Source of the DNA: Alphaproteobacteria bacterium
GTDB taxonomy: Bacteria; Pseudomonadota; Alphaproteobacteria; CAAHEQ01; UBA3637
Length of the DNA stretch: 64,000 nt
Direction of reading: 5' to 3'
NCBI GenBank assembly: GCA_045605805.1
Contig: JAZUQR010000026.1
Coordinates: 1 to 64,000 of the forward strand
In this document: piece by piece, positions 48,541-58,856 of the stretch
Position numbering within the stretch: position 1 is the first letter of the stretch
Layout of the letters: each line of letters starts with the position of its first letter
Translations under genes and position numbers: made by a program
The notes under the pieces: model-generated
Database searches by the model: none
What the model was told of the DNA's origin: nothing
What the model saw: the letters and a program-made list of their open reading frames with translations, nothing else

Positions 48541-51500
48541 TAAGCAACCCTCACATTGTCTGTCCAAAGTTCACATTGAGTCATAACCGTTTCAACGGCA
48601 TCCTCTACACCTTCTGGGGGATACTTATGCTTTTTCAATAACTTTTTAATAAGCATACGCATCTTTGCACGAGCATTCTCACGCCTTTGCCAGTCAATTG
48701 TTTTATTTTTACGCAGTGTTTCTGTTAGTTCTTTTGTAATGGCAACTAATTCGTCATTTTCATAAAAATCCTTAACTGCTTGAGGCTTTGTTAATGCATC
48801 ATAAAAGGCAACTTCTTCTGGTGTTAATCCTAAATCTGCCCCTTCCTTTTGGGCCTCCGAAATTTGTTTTGCCAGGCTGAGTAACTCTTCTATTACCTGC
48901 TCGTTGGTAAGCATACCATTTAGGTAGCGGTTCATAATTGCCTGAATTATTTCACTAAACTTTTCAGAACGCACAACGTTTGTTTTACGGTAAATAGAAA
49001 TTTGTTCTGCAATTAATTTTTTCAAAAGTTCAAGGGCTAAATTCTTTTGTTTCATTTTTGAAATTTCTTCCAAAAACTTCGGATCAAACAAAGAAAATTC
49101 TTTCTTTACATCAGAAAATAAATTAATAACGCCATCGCTTTTTATACTTTGTTTCAGCAACTCATTAATACGTTCATTCATTTCCTTCAAAGAAATCTTT
49201 TTGCCTTCTCCTGCATTAGTTAAGCGTAAGGTCAAAACACGAACGGCTTCCATAAAAGCGGCTTCTATGCGTTTTTCTTCCTTAACAATAGAAGAACACA
49301 AAGATAAGGATTGATGTAGCATCAAGGCATGCTTCAGGAATTGTTCTTTTTTCTTATCTGTTCCAATAATAAAGTTTACTGCCCCACTAATAAGCTCAGC
49401 ACGCTTTAAATTACTACCCGTCATAAATTGTTGATAATCAAATCCATGCAATAAATCACGACAAACACTTAATTTTTCTTCAAATTCTTTAAGTGCTGTT
49501 TCAGCGATATTCATATTTCCATAGTTCTTTTTATCACGAACTGTGTAATCGTTCATCGCTTGTTTCAGCGCATTTGCAATTCCGACATAATCTACAACAA
49601 GTCCACCTTCTTTATCCTCAAATACACGATTAACGCGAGCTATTGCCTGCATTAAATTATGTCCCATCATTGGTTTATAAACATACATCGTTGCCAAAGA
49701 AGGTACATCAAATCCGGTCAACCACATATCCACCACAATGGCAATTTTTAGAGGATCTTTGTTATCCTTAAATTTACGGGCCAACGCTTCTTTATGAGAT
49801 TTATTTCCAATGATTTGACGCCAATCTTCTGGGTCATCATTACTAGAAGTCATCACAACCCCCACTTTTTCTTTCCAATTGGGACGTAATTTTAAGATTT
49901 CTTCATAAATTTTCAAAGCAATAGGACGTGAATAAGCAACAATCATCGCCTTTCCAGTAAGCAAGTTTTCCCGATAATTTTCATAGTGGTCTATAATATC
50001 GTTTACCAAGGAATGAATAGTGTTATCATTCCCCAGAATTGCTTCCATTTGCCCAAGTTTCTTTTTACTTGCTTCAATGACTTCAGGATCTGCATTTTGG
50101 GCCATTAAATCATATTCATCATCAATTTTCTTGAGTGTTTCTTTATCCAGATTCAACTTAACCACTCGACTTTCATAGTAAACGGGGCGAGTTGCTCCAT
50201 CTTCCACAGCCTGTGTCATATCATAGATATCAATATAATTTCCAAACACTTCTTGCGTATTTCTGTCTTTTTTGGAAATAGGTGTCCCCGTAAACCCGAT
50301 AAATGTTGCATTTGGAAGACTATTGCGGATAACACGAGCAGTCCCTGTTTTAATTTTCCCGTCTTTGGTTATTTTTTCCGCCAAACCATATTGCCCCCGA
50401 TGAGCTTCATCTGCCATCACAATAATATTCCGGCGAGTGGACAATGGCTCTTCGGATTCTTCAAACTTCTGCATCGTTGTAAAGAAAATCCCATTGGCCT
50501 TGATACCATTTAATAACTTTTTCAAATGTTCCCGACTAGTTGCTTGAACGGGTTCTTGTCTTAAAAAGTCTTTACATTTGGCAAATTGTCCATAGAGTTG
50601 ATCGTCCAAATCATTGCGGTCTGTTAGTACCACAATTGTCGGACTGTTTAAAGCACTTTGTAGCAGGTGGGCATAAAACACCATAGATAAAGATTTACCA
50701 GAACCTTGTGTATGCCAAAACACACCACCTTTACCATCTGTTTCTGTTGCTTTTTGAGTTGAAGTAATGGCTTTTTTCACCGCGAAGTATTGGTGATATC
50801 CGGCCAAGATCTTTTTGCTTCCTTTATTTTCATTGGAAAAGCAAATAAAGTTCTTCAAAATATCCAAGAGTCTCTCTTTTGGAAAGATGCCTTTAAAAAA
50901 AGTATCAAACTGTGCGTGTTGGGTATTTTCATATTTTCCATCCACAGTTTTCCATTCCATAAAGCGTGTTTCATCAGAAGTAATCGTTCCCGCCTTGGAT
51001 GTCAATAAATCGCTTGTGACGCAAATAGCGTTATAGATAAACATAGAGGGGATTTCATGTTTATAGTTTTGGATTTGGCGATATGCCTCGGAGGCATCTG
51101 TTTCTTCACGGGAAGGAGATTTCAACTCCATCAAAACCAAAGGCAATCCGTTCACAAATAACAAAATATCCGGACGTTTTTCGCTGTTTTCAATAAAGGT
51201 CCATTGGTTAGCTACAATAAAAGAGTTTTTATCAGGTCTATTATAATCAATCAAATAAACAATGGTATCTTTGGGTTCTCCCTTTTCTGTATAGCGAACC
51301 GTAATACCACTTTGCAAATACTCCATAAACACAGCATTCTTTTGTGTTAGTTCTGCGTTCTCAAAGTTCTTTAATTTTGTTAAGGCCTCTTTAATCGCCA
51401 CTTCGGGAAGTTTAGGATTCAAGCGGCACAAAGCATCAATCAACTCATCTTCGTATAAGGGAGAATGAAAATCCCGACTTTCTAAATCAGGCCCATAGAC

Positions 51501-51587
51501 ATACCGATACCCCATCCCCTCAAACAACTCTATTACAGAGTTTTCATAAGCTTCTTCATTTACAGGATTGATAAAAGTATCGGTCAT
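48540..51587 (-). CDS. hsdR: Type I restriction endonuclease subunit R
   Basis: RPD....NGLPL...ELK; HTQGSGKS; DEAH; QAIARVNR. Confidence 0.95.
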   Translation of the reverse strand: MTDTFINPVNEEAYENSVIELFEGMGYRYVYGPDLESRDFHSPLYEDELIDALCRLNPKLPEVAIKEALTKLKNFENAELTQKNAVFMEYLQSGITVRYTEKGEPKDTIVYLIDYNRPDKNSFIVANQWTFIENSEKRPDILLFVNGLPLVLMELKSPSREETDASEAYRQIQNYKHEIPSMFIYNAICVTSDLLTSKAGTITSDETRFMEWKTVDGKYENTQHAQFDTFFKGIFPKERLLDILKNFICFSNENKGSKKILAGYHQYFAVKKAITSTQKATETDGKGGVFWHTQGSGKSLSMVFYAHLLQSALNSPTIVVLTDRNDLDDQLYGQFAKCKDFLRQEPVQATSREHLKKLLNGIKANGIFFTTMQKFEESEEPLSTRRNIIVMADEAHRGQYGLAEKITKDGKIKTGTARVIRNSLPNATFIGFTGTPISKKDRNTQEVFGNYIDIYDMTQAVEDGATRPVYYESRVVKLNLDKETLKKIDDEYDLMAQNADPEVIEASKKKLGQMEAILGNDNTIHSLVNDIIDHYENYRENLLTGKAMIVAYSRPIALKIYEEILKLRPNWKEKVGVVMTSSNDDPEDWRQIIGNKSHKEALARKFKDNKDPLKIAIVVDMWLTGFDVPSLATMYVYKPMMGHNLMQAIARVNRVFEDKEGGLVVDYVGIANALKQAMNDYTVRDKKNYGNMNIAETALKEFEEKLSVCRDLLHGFDYQQFMTGSNLKRAELISGAVNFIIGTDKKKEQFLKHALMLHQSLSLCSSIVKEEKRIEAAFMEAVRVLTLRLTNAGEGKKISLKEMNERINELLKQSIKSDGVINLFSDVKKEFSLFDPKFLEEISKMKQKNLALELLKKLIAEQISIYRKTNVVRSEKFSEIIQAIMNRYLNGMLTNEQVIEELLSLAKQISEAQKEGADLGLTPEEVAFYDALTKPQAVKDFYENDELVAITKELTETLRKNKTIDWQRRENARAKMRMLIKKLLKKHKYPPEGVEDAVETVMTQCELWTDNVRVA

Positions 51588-52438
51588 TTTTTCTCCTTTA
51601 ATCCTTTAAGAAATTCAGCCATTTTGTTTTTCCGTTCTTTATTATCTTTAGCCAAAACGCAGAATAAAAGCAATTGATAAATTTCATCATACCACTTTTC
51701 TAATTCTTCATTGGTCAGATTTGTTACTAGATTATTTTTCTTTTTACCTGCCTTGTTATTATGACGAATATCTAAATTATTAAGCATATTCTTTGCAGTT
51801 TTGAAATAATCAGTGAATCCGTCAATAGGATTATCTAAAATAGGTTCATATTCCTGAGCAATTCGACGTAAAATATCTTTTTTTTCTGCTAATTGTCCCT
51901 TTAATGATGCATGATGGTATTTTAAAATTGCCATTGCTGTATCTGTAGAGGAAATTTCTGCTACAGCTGTTGCAGCAGGATTTTTAGGAATTAAAATAAC
52001 TTTTTCTTCTTCAGTAAATATCTTCTTTTCATGGTGAATATGTTCTAAAAGCAAATCTATATTACTCAAAAGCATAGGATATTCATTATAATACTGAAAA
52101 TTAATATTTTGACGACCAACTCCTCGCTTCTGTATCAATAAATTTATAAGATTAAGATAATACTCTAAAATTGTTACCATTTCATCAGTGGTATCCACAT
52201 GTTCTGAAATGAATATTTTGTGTCTCATTTCATCACAGTTTAAGCAACTTCCTCTTTGCTTCCAATTTACAAAAGCATAACTATCTACCATTTGTTCAAT
52301 AGTTCCCTGTGTTTGTTGAAAATTTAAAGGATTTGTATACACCAACATTGCGGTATTAAATAATTTAACAATTTTTCGAAATTCTTTTTGAAAATCATAC
52401 TTGCTTGCTAAAATTTCAAAGATATTTTTACGAGTCAT
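51584..52438 (-). CDS. Hypothetical protein inserted in the R-M locus (possible AbiJ/HEPN-like)
   Basis: AT-rich; helical C-terminus with LNNLDIRHNN. Confidence 0.6.
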   Translation of the reverse strand: MTRKNIFEILASKYDFQKEFRKIVKLFNTAMLVYTNPLNFQQTQGTIEQMVDSYAFVNWKQRGSCLNCDEMRHKIFISEHVDTTDEMVTILEYYLNLINLLIQKRGVGRQNINFQYYNEYPMLLSNIDLLLEHIHHEKKIFTEEEKVILIPKNPAATAVAEISSTDTAMAILKYHHASLKGQLAEKKDILRRIAQEYEPILDNPIDGFTDYFKTAKNMLNNLDIRHNNKAGKKKNNLVTNLTNEELEKWYDEIYQLLLFCVLAKDNKERKNKMAEFLKGLKEKK

Positions 52439-52914
52439 GGGGCATCCTTTTTATTTTCCAGTGGCTTATTAAAACAATCGATATTCTTTTTTAGTTCTAC
52501 TGTTAAATCGTTGGTTACAGCATATATTTTATAATCTTTTATATTGGCAATATCTTTATTAGTATTATCATCTATTTTGGGAATAAAAACAGTATTATAG
52601 GGAGATATCACAAGGGGACTCCCTAACGCGGTCCAAAAACCACTTTGCGTATTATTATCTTCTACATATATACGGTAAATAACTTCCGTTTTATTTTTAT
52701 GATTAACAATGCAAAAGTTTGTTATATTTGCCTTTTGAGTCTTGTGATCATACATTGCTGTCGGCAAAACAATAGATAAATCGTGCCCCGTTCTTTCTTG
52801 TTTATCATCTTTTGCTATCTTTGCCATGGTCTTGGTAAGGAAAAATATGGCAATTGTCAAAATTAACATTGATGTTGATAAAACTATGTTCCAATCTATA
52901 TAAACCATATTCAA
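52435..52914 (-). CDS. Hypothetical protein with N-terminal TM helix
   Basis: 4-nt overlaps with neighbours; AT-rich. Confidence 0.65.
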   Translation of the reverse strand: MNMVYIDWNIVLSTSMLILTIAIFFLTKTMAKIAKDDKQERTGHDLSIVLPTAMYDHKTQKANITNFCIVNHKNKTEVIYRIYVEDNNTQSGFWTALGSPLVISPYNTVFIPKIDDNTNKDIANIKDYKIYAVTNDLTVELKKNIDCFNKPLENKKDAP

Positions 52915-54122
52915 ACCTCCACATTATCGACATTGATTTTGCCGGACATGAGTTTGGGTAATAAAGTGTCTCGAAGTGCAGACAACTGGATATTTTCTCT
53001 TTGGTTTGCTTTAATTTGTGCAAACATTGGAGAAATCACAGAATGGAAATCTTTCAATTCAGATTCTTCTGGCATAACAAAAGGCATTGATTTAATAATT
53101 TTTGAATTAACGGCAGTTGCAATGGATGACGTGCTCCCCATTGTTTGAAAATTAAAGTTTTTCAAATAATAATACAAATATTCGTTTATTTCTTTTTTAT
53201 CTGTTCCAAAATGAGCAATGGCTTCGTTTGTTGCCATTTCTCCATCTGTAATTGCAATTCTTCCAACAGTCAGTTTAAAGCTCAATAGAACAGTATTATC
53301 TGGTACAATTTTAACATTAAATTTGGAAATTGACTCTGGAACTAAATATTCAGAACTATCAGAAATATACAGCCCACAATTTCCCATATCGGATATAGAT
53401 ATCCATTTAATATCATTAGTGTTTTTTGAAAACCATTCAGGCTCTTTTCGGGGAGGAGTTTTCCCGATTGTAATATTAAAAAATTCTTCAGCTTTTATCG
53501 TTTTTCTGTTTGGATTTATTTTATCTATGAACCAAGATTTAAAGAGGGCTTGGGCTTGGAGTTCGAGGTTTTGATTGATTTTGTTGTTCAGCTCTATCTT
53601 ATCATCCAGAGCCCCCAACACCCCCGCAATCTTCCTCTGCACCTCCACTGGCGGTATATTTACAGGGATGGAATACAAATGTCCAACCTTTATGCTAGGT
53701 TGTACAGAACTTATATTCAATGCTTGTATATAACTTTGTATATTGGGTTGAGATAAACAATAATACATGAATGTAGAGTCAATGTCCTCTTTATACTGCA
53801 TGGCAATGATGTTTTGCGCTATACACCCCTTATCTTGCGGCATTAAAGCAACTTTTCCAATGTTTCCAACAGTTGTTATTAAAACATCTTTTGGGTTGGG
53901 ATGTCCACTTCGAAACCAATTCTGATACGTTTCAATATTAACAAATTTTGATGCAGAAGCCAAATCTGGGTATCTATCTCCAGCTTTTAATAAGTTGCTT
54001 TCAAGTAGAGGAATGATACCTTCCGTATCCAAGGGTGCATTCTTTCCCCGGTTATCAATTGTATTTTTAACCAAATCCCCTAATTTAATCTCTCGCCAAC
54101 CTGACATTATATTATTTGCCAT
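52911..54122 (-). CDS. hsdS: Type I R-M specificity subunit
   Basis: Two TRDs; Q.KIA.VL.ALDDKIELN; LRDTLLPKLMSG. Confidence 0.93.
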   Translation of the reverse strand: MANNIMSGWREIKLGDLVKNTIDNRGKNAPLDTEGIIPLLESNLLKAGDRYPDLASASKFVNIETYQNWFRSGHPNPKDVLITTVGNIGKVALMPQDKGCIAQNIIAMQYKEDIDSTFMYYCLSQPNIQSYIQALNISSVQPSIKVGHLYSIPVNIPPVEVQRKIAGVLGALDDKIELNNKINQNLELQAQALFKSWFIDKINPNRKTIKAEEFFNITIGKTPPRKEPEWFSKNTNDIKWISISDMGNCGLYISDSSEYLVPESISKFNVKIVPDNTVLLSFKLTVGRIAITDGEMATNEAIAHFGTDKKEINEYLYYYLKNFNFQTMGSTSSIATAVNSKIIKSMPFVMPEESELKDFHSVISPMFAQIKANQRENIQLSALRDTLLPKLMSGKINVDNVEV

Positions 54123-54132
54123 CAAATATTCC

Positions 54133-55017
54133 CTATTTTTTAATAAGTTCATATAGCAAAGGAAAGTTACTTTTTTGGTAAGAATCCAAGTATTGGCTTG
54201 GAATGTCCTTTAATGTTTCATTATTAAATTCATAGATATCAACAATTTCCCTTGAAACAATTTTTTCTTCACCATTTTTCTGTAATTTATTATATCTTAC
54301 CAAGGCTAAAATAGTATCATTTTGATTGCTACGACGCAATGGATGCTTTCCTAATAAAAACTCCTCTCTAAACTTCTGGTCTTTTATTGATGCAATTAAT
54401 GTTGTATTATTTTCTAAATCTTTAAAATTCCAATTTCCCTCTGTTTCCGTATTAATTGGTTTGTATATAACTAGTTTCTGGATTTTATATACGGGATCTA
54501 AATTTCTTATGATATCCCCTTCCACATATTTGAGAAAATCTTTTCTTTTAATTGGAAAGGTATGTTCATTAGAAAAACCAACCCCATTAATATGGTTATT
54601 TAGCCAACACCTTTTATAAAAGTTTGATTTTGCATTAAGTGCAGCATCCAAATTTATCGATGCAGGAATTTCGATATGTTCTTGCAACATGAAGCCAGAA
54701 AACATTTCAGAAATATATTGTCCGGCGTTTTCCCCCAATTCATTTAGGCTCTTCCCTGTTAATCCTTTAATAAAACCAGGCACAAATTCATTAAACAAAA
54801 ATGATCCCAAAAACAAACAAATTGTAAATTTTCCTTTAAAAGAACCTTCTTCTGTTGCATTTAAATATATTTGATAATCCGTGTCCTTAAAACAGGTTTT
54901 TGTAATATTTTTATATATCAATTCAATTTGCTGTGATAAAAAAATAAAATCAGATAATTCCAACGCATGTGTTGGGGTATCTAAATGTAATATAAATTCA
55001 CTCTTTTGTTCAGTCAT
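54133..55017 (-). CDS. Hypothetical protein between hsdM and hsdS
   Basis: 294-aa AT-rich ORF coupled to hsdM. Confidence 0.7.
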   Translation of the reverse strand: MTEQKSEFILHLDTPTHALELSDFIFLSQQIELIYKNITKTCFKDTDYQIYLNATEEGSFKGKFTICLFLGSFLFNEFVPGFIKGLTGKSLNELGENAGQYISEMFSGFMLQEHIEIPASINLDAALNAKSNFYKRCWLNNHINGVGFSNEHTFPIKRKDFLKYVEGDIIRNLDPVYKIQKLVIYKPINTETEGNWNFKDLENNTTLIASIKDQKFREEFLLGKHPLRRSNQNDTILALVRYNKLQKNGEEKIVSREIVDIYEFNNETLKDIPSQYLDSYQKSNFPLLYELIKK

Positions 55018-56525
55018 TCAACCTCCCATCCAATTTGTTTCAATTTTGTTTTGATTTCTTCTTGAAGTGTAGAGGATTGTTTGAACATCTCGGAAAGTTC
55101 AGCCGTCAAACGTTTCATTTTGTCTTCAAACGGTTCGCCATCATCGGCTTGTTCCTCTATCCCCACATAACGACCTGGCGTCAAGATGTAATCTTGCTTG
55201 GCAATATCCTCAGTTGTTGCAACAGCACAGAAACCTTTCACATTTTCCAATGTGCCATTTTGGAATGCGGTAAATGTATCGGCCAATTTCTTGATGTCTT
55301 TATCTGTGAAGTCACGGTGTTTTCTGTCCACCATATATCCCATCTTGCGTGCATCAATGAAAACTGTGCGGCCTTTTTGTTGCTTATTCTTGGTAATAAA
55401 CCACAATGTGACCGGAATTGTGACGCTATAGAACAATTGTGTTGGCAGAGCAATAATACCTTCCACTAAGTCAGCCTCAATAATCCGCCGGCGAATATCG
55501 CCTTCACCACTATTGGTAGAGGAAAGGGCTCCGTTCGCCAAGACTAAACCGATTTTACCCCCTGGTGCCAAATGATGTATCATATGCTGAATCCACGCAT
55601 AGTTAGCATTACCTGCCGGAGGTGTTCCAAATTCCCATCGAGGATCGTCTTTTAATTTGTCTTGTCCCCAGTTGGATAGGTTAAATGGAGGATTCGCCAT
55701 AATGAAGTCAAACTTTTCGTGTTGGTGCAGGTCGTTAAAGAATGTATCGGCCTGATACGGTCCCAAATTGGCATCTATCCCACGAATAGCCATATTCATT
55801 TTTGCCATTTTCCAAGTATCTGCGTTGGATTCTTGACCATATACAGAGATTCTGTCACGATTGCCACTGTGGGCTTGCAAGAACTTAACCGATTGCACAA
55901 ACATGCCACCCGAACCACAGCATGGGTCATAAACGCGGCAGTTGTCAAAGGGTTTCAAAACTTCTACAATTGTGCGGACAATGCTGGATGGAGTGTAAAA
56001 TTCACCGCCTTTTGTTCCTTCATACGCGGCAAACTGAGCAATGCAGTATTCATAAGTTCTGCCCAACAGGTCTTTGTCCTTATCCGTTTCGGACATATCT
56101 ATGTTGTTTGTAAACAAATCCACAACATTGCCCAAAACTCGTTTATCCAAATCTTGGTTAGCATAGTTCTTTGGAAGAACGTTTTTCAGGGATTTATTTT
56201 CAGCCTCAATAGCACGCATGGCTTCATCAATCACCATACCGATTTCGGGAGTATGGGCGGCTTCGGCTATTTTGCTCCAACGAGCTGCCTCAGGAACATA
56301 GAAAATGCCTTCCATTATATAAGCATCTTTATCGTTTTCAAAACCATCCCCTTCTGCGACCAATTGGTTATAACGCTTTTCAAATGCAAAAGAAATGTAG
56401 CGCAGGAAAATTAAACCCACAATGACTTTGCGGTAATCCGCCGCAGGAATATGTCCCCACAGTTCGCATGCGGCTTCCCAGATTTGCTTTTCAAAACCTA
56501 TATTTGCGTTGTTTTTCCCTGCCAT
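55014..56525 (-). CDS. hsdM: Type I R-M methyltransferase subunit
   Basis: GEFYTP, YDPCCGSGG, NPPF. Confidence 0.95.
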   Translation of the reverse strand: MAGKNNANIGFEKQIWEAACELWGHIPAADYRKVIVGLIFLRYISFAFEKRYNQLVAEGDGFENDKDAYIMEGIFYVPEAARWSKIAEAAHTPEIGMVIDEAMRAIEAENKSLKNVLPKNYANQDLDKRVLGNVVDLFTNNIDMSETDKDKDLLGRTYEYCIAQFAAYEGTKGGEFYTPSSIVRTIVEVLKPFDNCRVYDPCCGSGGMFVQSVKFLQAHSGNRDRISVYGQESNADTWKMAKMNMAIRGIDANLGPYQADTFFNDLHQHEKFDFIMANPPFNLSNWGQDKLKDDPRWEFGTPPAGNANYAWIQHMIHHLAPGGKIGLVLANGALSSTNSGEGDIRRRIIEADLVEGIIALPTQLFYSVTIPVTLWFITKNKQQKGRTVFIDARKMGYMVDRKHRDFTDKDIKKLADTFTAFQNGTLENVKGFCAVATTEDIAKQDYILTPGRYVGIEEQADDGEPFEDKMKRLTAELSEMFKQSSTLQEEIKTKLKQIGWEVE

Positions 56526-56629
56526 TTTGGACCTCTTTTCGTTTAGAATCATAATATCGTAAATTCTAGCCGATTTTTTCTGAAAAGGCAATCAGAAATA
56601 TAAGGTCTGTTGTATTTAATTATGGTGCT

Positions 56630-56827
56630 TTACTCTACCTCAAACCATTTCATGCAGGTGGCAAGCAAGTGGTCGTAATTGCCGGAGGTGGCTTCTGCCT
56701 GAAAGGCATCTTGTTCTTTTTGATTCAAACCGGCTTGACGCATGGCTCTTAAACAGATACCTAGGATATTAAAGGCATTCCCGTCTTTACCGGTCAACTG
56801 GACAATAATATCAGGATATTTTGGCAT
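56630..56827 (-). CDS. Phage/ICE small protein with GxDGNAF motif
   Basis: MPKYPDIIVQLTGKDGNAF; AAGGAG RBS; paralog of 42124-42327. Confidence 0.82.
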   Translation of the reverse strand: MPKYPDIIVQLTGKDGNAFNILGICLRAMRQAGLNQKEQDAFQAEATSGNYDHLLATCMKWFEVE

Positions 56828-56837
56828 GACGATCTCC

Positions 56838-57146
56838 TTATTTAACCTCAAGCCCCAAGTAGCGGCAGTAGCTTGATCCTGACGGGTCGGCGTAAAGTGT
56901 CGGCTGACCGTCACATTCCAGGGCGATAACCTGACGTTGGTTGTCGTCGTTATATCCGCCTTTGCCGGATAAAAAGATGTAGTTATCCAGAGGGCGTTGG
57001 CAGACAGCCTGATACCAAGCAGGCGATAAATGAACTGTTTCGGCTATCACCACTTCTTTGGCTTGGTGTGCATATTTTTGGGTTAAATCCCGAACTTCGG
57101 AAATATCGGAGGGCTTGCGGACCATGTAAGTTTTAACTGTTTTCAT
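56838..57146 (-). CDS. DUF6329-like phage small protein (intact copy)
   Basis: RKP N-terminus; DPSGSSYCRY C-terminus; AAAGGAG RBS. Confidence 0.78.
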   Translation of the reverse strand: MKTVKTYMVRKPSDISEVRDLTQKYAHQAKEVVIAETVHLSPAWYQAVCQRPLDNYIFLSGKGGYNDDNQRQVIALECDGQPTLYADPSGSSYCRYLGLEVK

Positions 57147-57199
57147 GATAATCTCCTTTCGCATCACAATGAACGCTCTTTTTCGAAGAATTATCCAGT
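57147..57199 (-). promoter_or_regulatory. Conserved upstream motif ACTGGA-N15-RAGCRTTCATTGT plus RBS
   Basis: Same motif and spacing at 2231 and 41553 on the + strand. Confidence 0.65.
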
Positions 57200-57243
57200 T
57201 ATTTCTGTACTAAATCGCAAGAAATATGCATTATTTTGAGGGG

Positions 57244-57410
57244 GTGACCAGCCAGAAGTGACCAGTGACCAGCCAGGAAAAATTGGGTCCCCTTATAACC
57301 CTTGTGTTTATTGGGGTTTGAGATATACCCGACCAGCCAGAATTTTTCGGTTTCGCTAGAAATATGGCGCGGCTTGCGTCCCCGCATATGAAATCTCGCC
57401 AGGAAGGACC
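57244..57410. repeat. Phage-like cis element copy 2: GTGACCAG repeats plus conserved 66-bp block
   Basis: GTGACCAG at 57244, 57258 and 57265; block matches 39601-39666. Confidence 0.8.
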
Positions 57411-57463
57411 TCTGGCCAGATACCTGATCACCCGAGTGGCTAGTAATCCAAGCAACCAAGAAA

Positions 57464-57979
57464 TTATAAAAATTGAACGGTATCGGACAAGGGCTTCTTG
57501 TTCGTATGCGTTGGCGCTGGTGCCGCCGAGGCTGTCGGATAACCGAACATCATGAGCAAAACGGGCACTTCGTTTTCGGGTAAATCAAAAGCCTTGCGCG
57601 TTTCATCCGGGTTAAACATATTCACCCAAGTGGAATGAACGCCCAAGTCTGCGGCCTGCAACATCATGTGTGTTGCCACAATGGATGCATCCTCAACGCC
57701 CGAAGTAATAGTCTCATCAGTTGGGTTGTGCCATTCTTGATTTTTATCATAGCAAATAATCATGGCAAGCGGGGCATTATAATGGCAGGGTGTCACAGCC
57801 CGCAACTTTTCCATGGCCGCCGGTGATTGAACAACATAAACCTTTTGCGGTTGGTTGTTTTTGGCGGTAGGGGCCACCCGTCCGGCTTGTAAAATCTTTT
57901 GGATTTTTTCATCTTCAACCGGTTTGTTGTCATAGCTTCTTTGCGTATAACGCACTGTACTCAGTTCTTCAAATGTCAT
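57464..57979 (-). CDS. Nitroreductase family protein
   Basis: RYTQRSY, APTAKNNQP, MMLQAADLGVHSTWV. Confidence 0.92.
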   Translation of the reverse strand: MTFEELSTVRYTQRSYDNKPVEDEKIQKILQAGRVAPTAKNNQPQKVYVVQSPAAMEKLRAVTPCHYNAPLAMIICYDKNQEWHNPTDETITSGVEDASIVATHMMLQAADLGVHSTWVNMFNPDETRKAFDLPENEVPVLLMMFGYPTASAAPAPTHTNKKPLSDTVQFL

Positions 57980-58058
57980 TGTTTATCCTTTCTGTTTGTG
58001 ATTATTATATAGCACTGTTTTTTCAAAAAAAGAAAGTAAATTAGTAAGCTCAAAACTT

Positions 58059-58823
58059 TTAGCCTTCTTCATTGGTTTTGGCATATTCTTCCCCGTACAT
58101 TTCCCATTGGTCAACCGAACGCTTCCAATCTTTAATTGGGTTGCCATACTTATCACGCCACTTTTGGCGGGAATAATAAGCGTGGAATTGGTAAGGGTTG
58201 ATTCTATGATAGTTCATTGTTTGACAATACTCTTCCACTTGTTCTATGGACGGGCTGTTATCACTTGATCCCAACAGTTGTCCGATTGGAACCGGACCTT
58301 TAGAAATTGAGCCTTGCCTTGGCACACTCCAATTCATTGCCAAGCCTGAGGGAGTTTCTTTTTCATTATATACATTCTGGGCATTCTTTCCTTTCTTATT
58401 TATAGCCGCAGGTAGTTCGCCGGTCGTCCGCAGGTAGTTCGCGCCTGAGTCGCATTGGGACAATTCATCACCGCCTAACACATTGAAATCATTATATTTT
58501 AACATCTTTATAAGTAGTCCGTTTGCTAAGCGTTTTGTATCAACTTCCCCGGTTTTTTTGAGTTTTGCTATAACCCGCTTGATTTATTGCGGGGATTTTT
58601 TTAAGGCCTCTGAAATCACTGCATAACTGGTCAGCAATTCGCCTTTATGGATAACATATTCATAAAGTTCTTTATCTTGGAAATTTGCGCGCAGTAAGAG
58701 ATAAAGATATACTTGGCACACATTCTCATCCGGAAGCCAGCGCCAGTTTAAATAACGTCTGTCTAATTTGACAAAGCCAAGAGGAAAATGCGGATCATCC
58801 GTTTTTTGTTTGTTTTGAGACAT
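58059..58823 (-). pseudogene. Phage replication-initiator-like gene, broken into two ORFs
   Basis: N-part GFVKLDR...WRW...YLLLRAN...GELLTS; C-part PSIEQVEEYC...YY....W......IKDWK. Confidence 0.65.
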
Positions 58824-58856
58824 CAGGTGTGTCCTTTCTAATGAGAGGGAAAATGG

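Noticed and set aside
57244-57272. CRISPR array from GTGACCAG repeats
   Set aside because: Repeats are 8 bp and irregularly spaced; no cas genes or repeat-spacer array in the window
57199-57459. Short ORFs over the conserved block (also 39565-39768)
   Set aside because: Peptide similarity is limited to the shared DNA block; no RBS and no conserved start or stop, so a cis element is more likely
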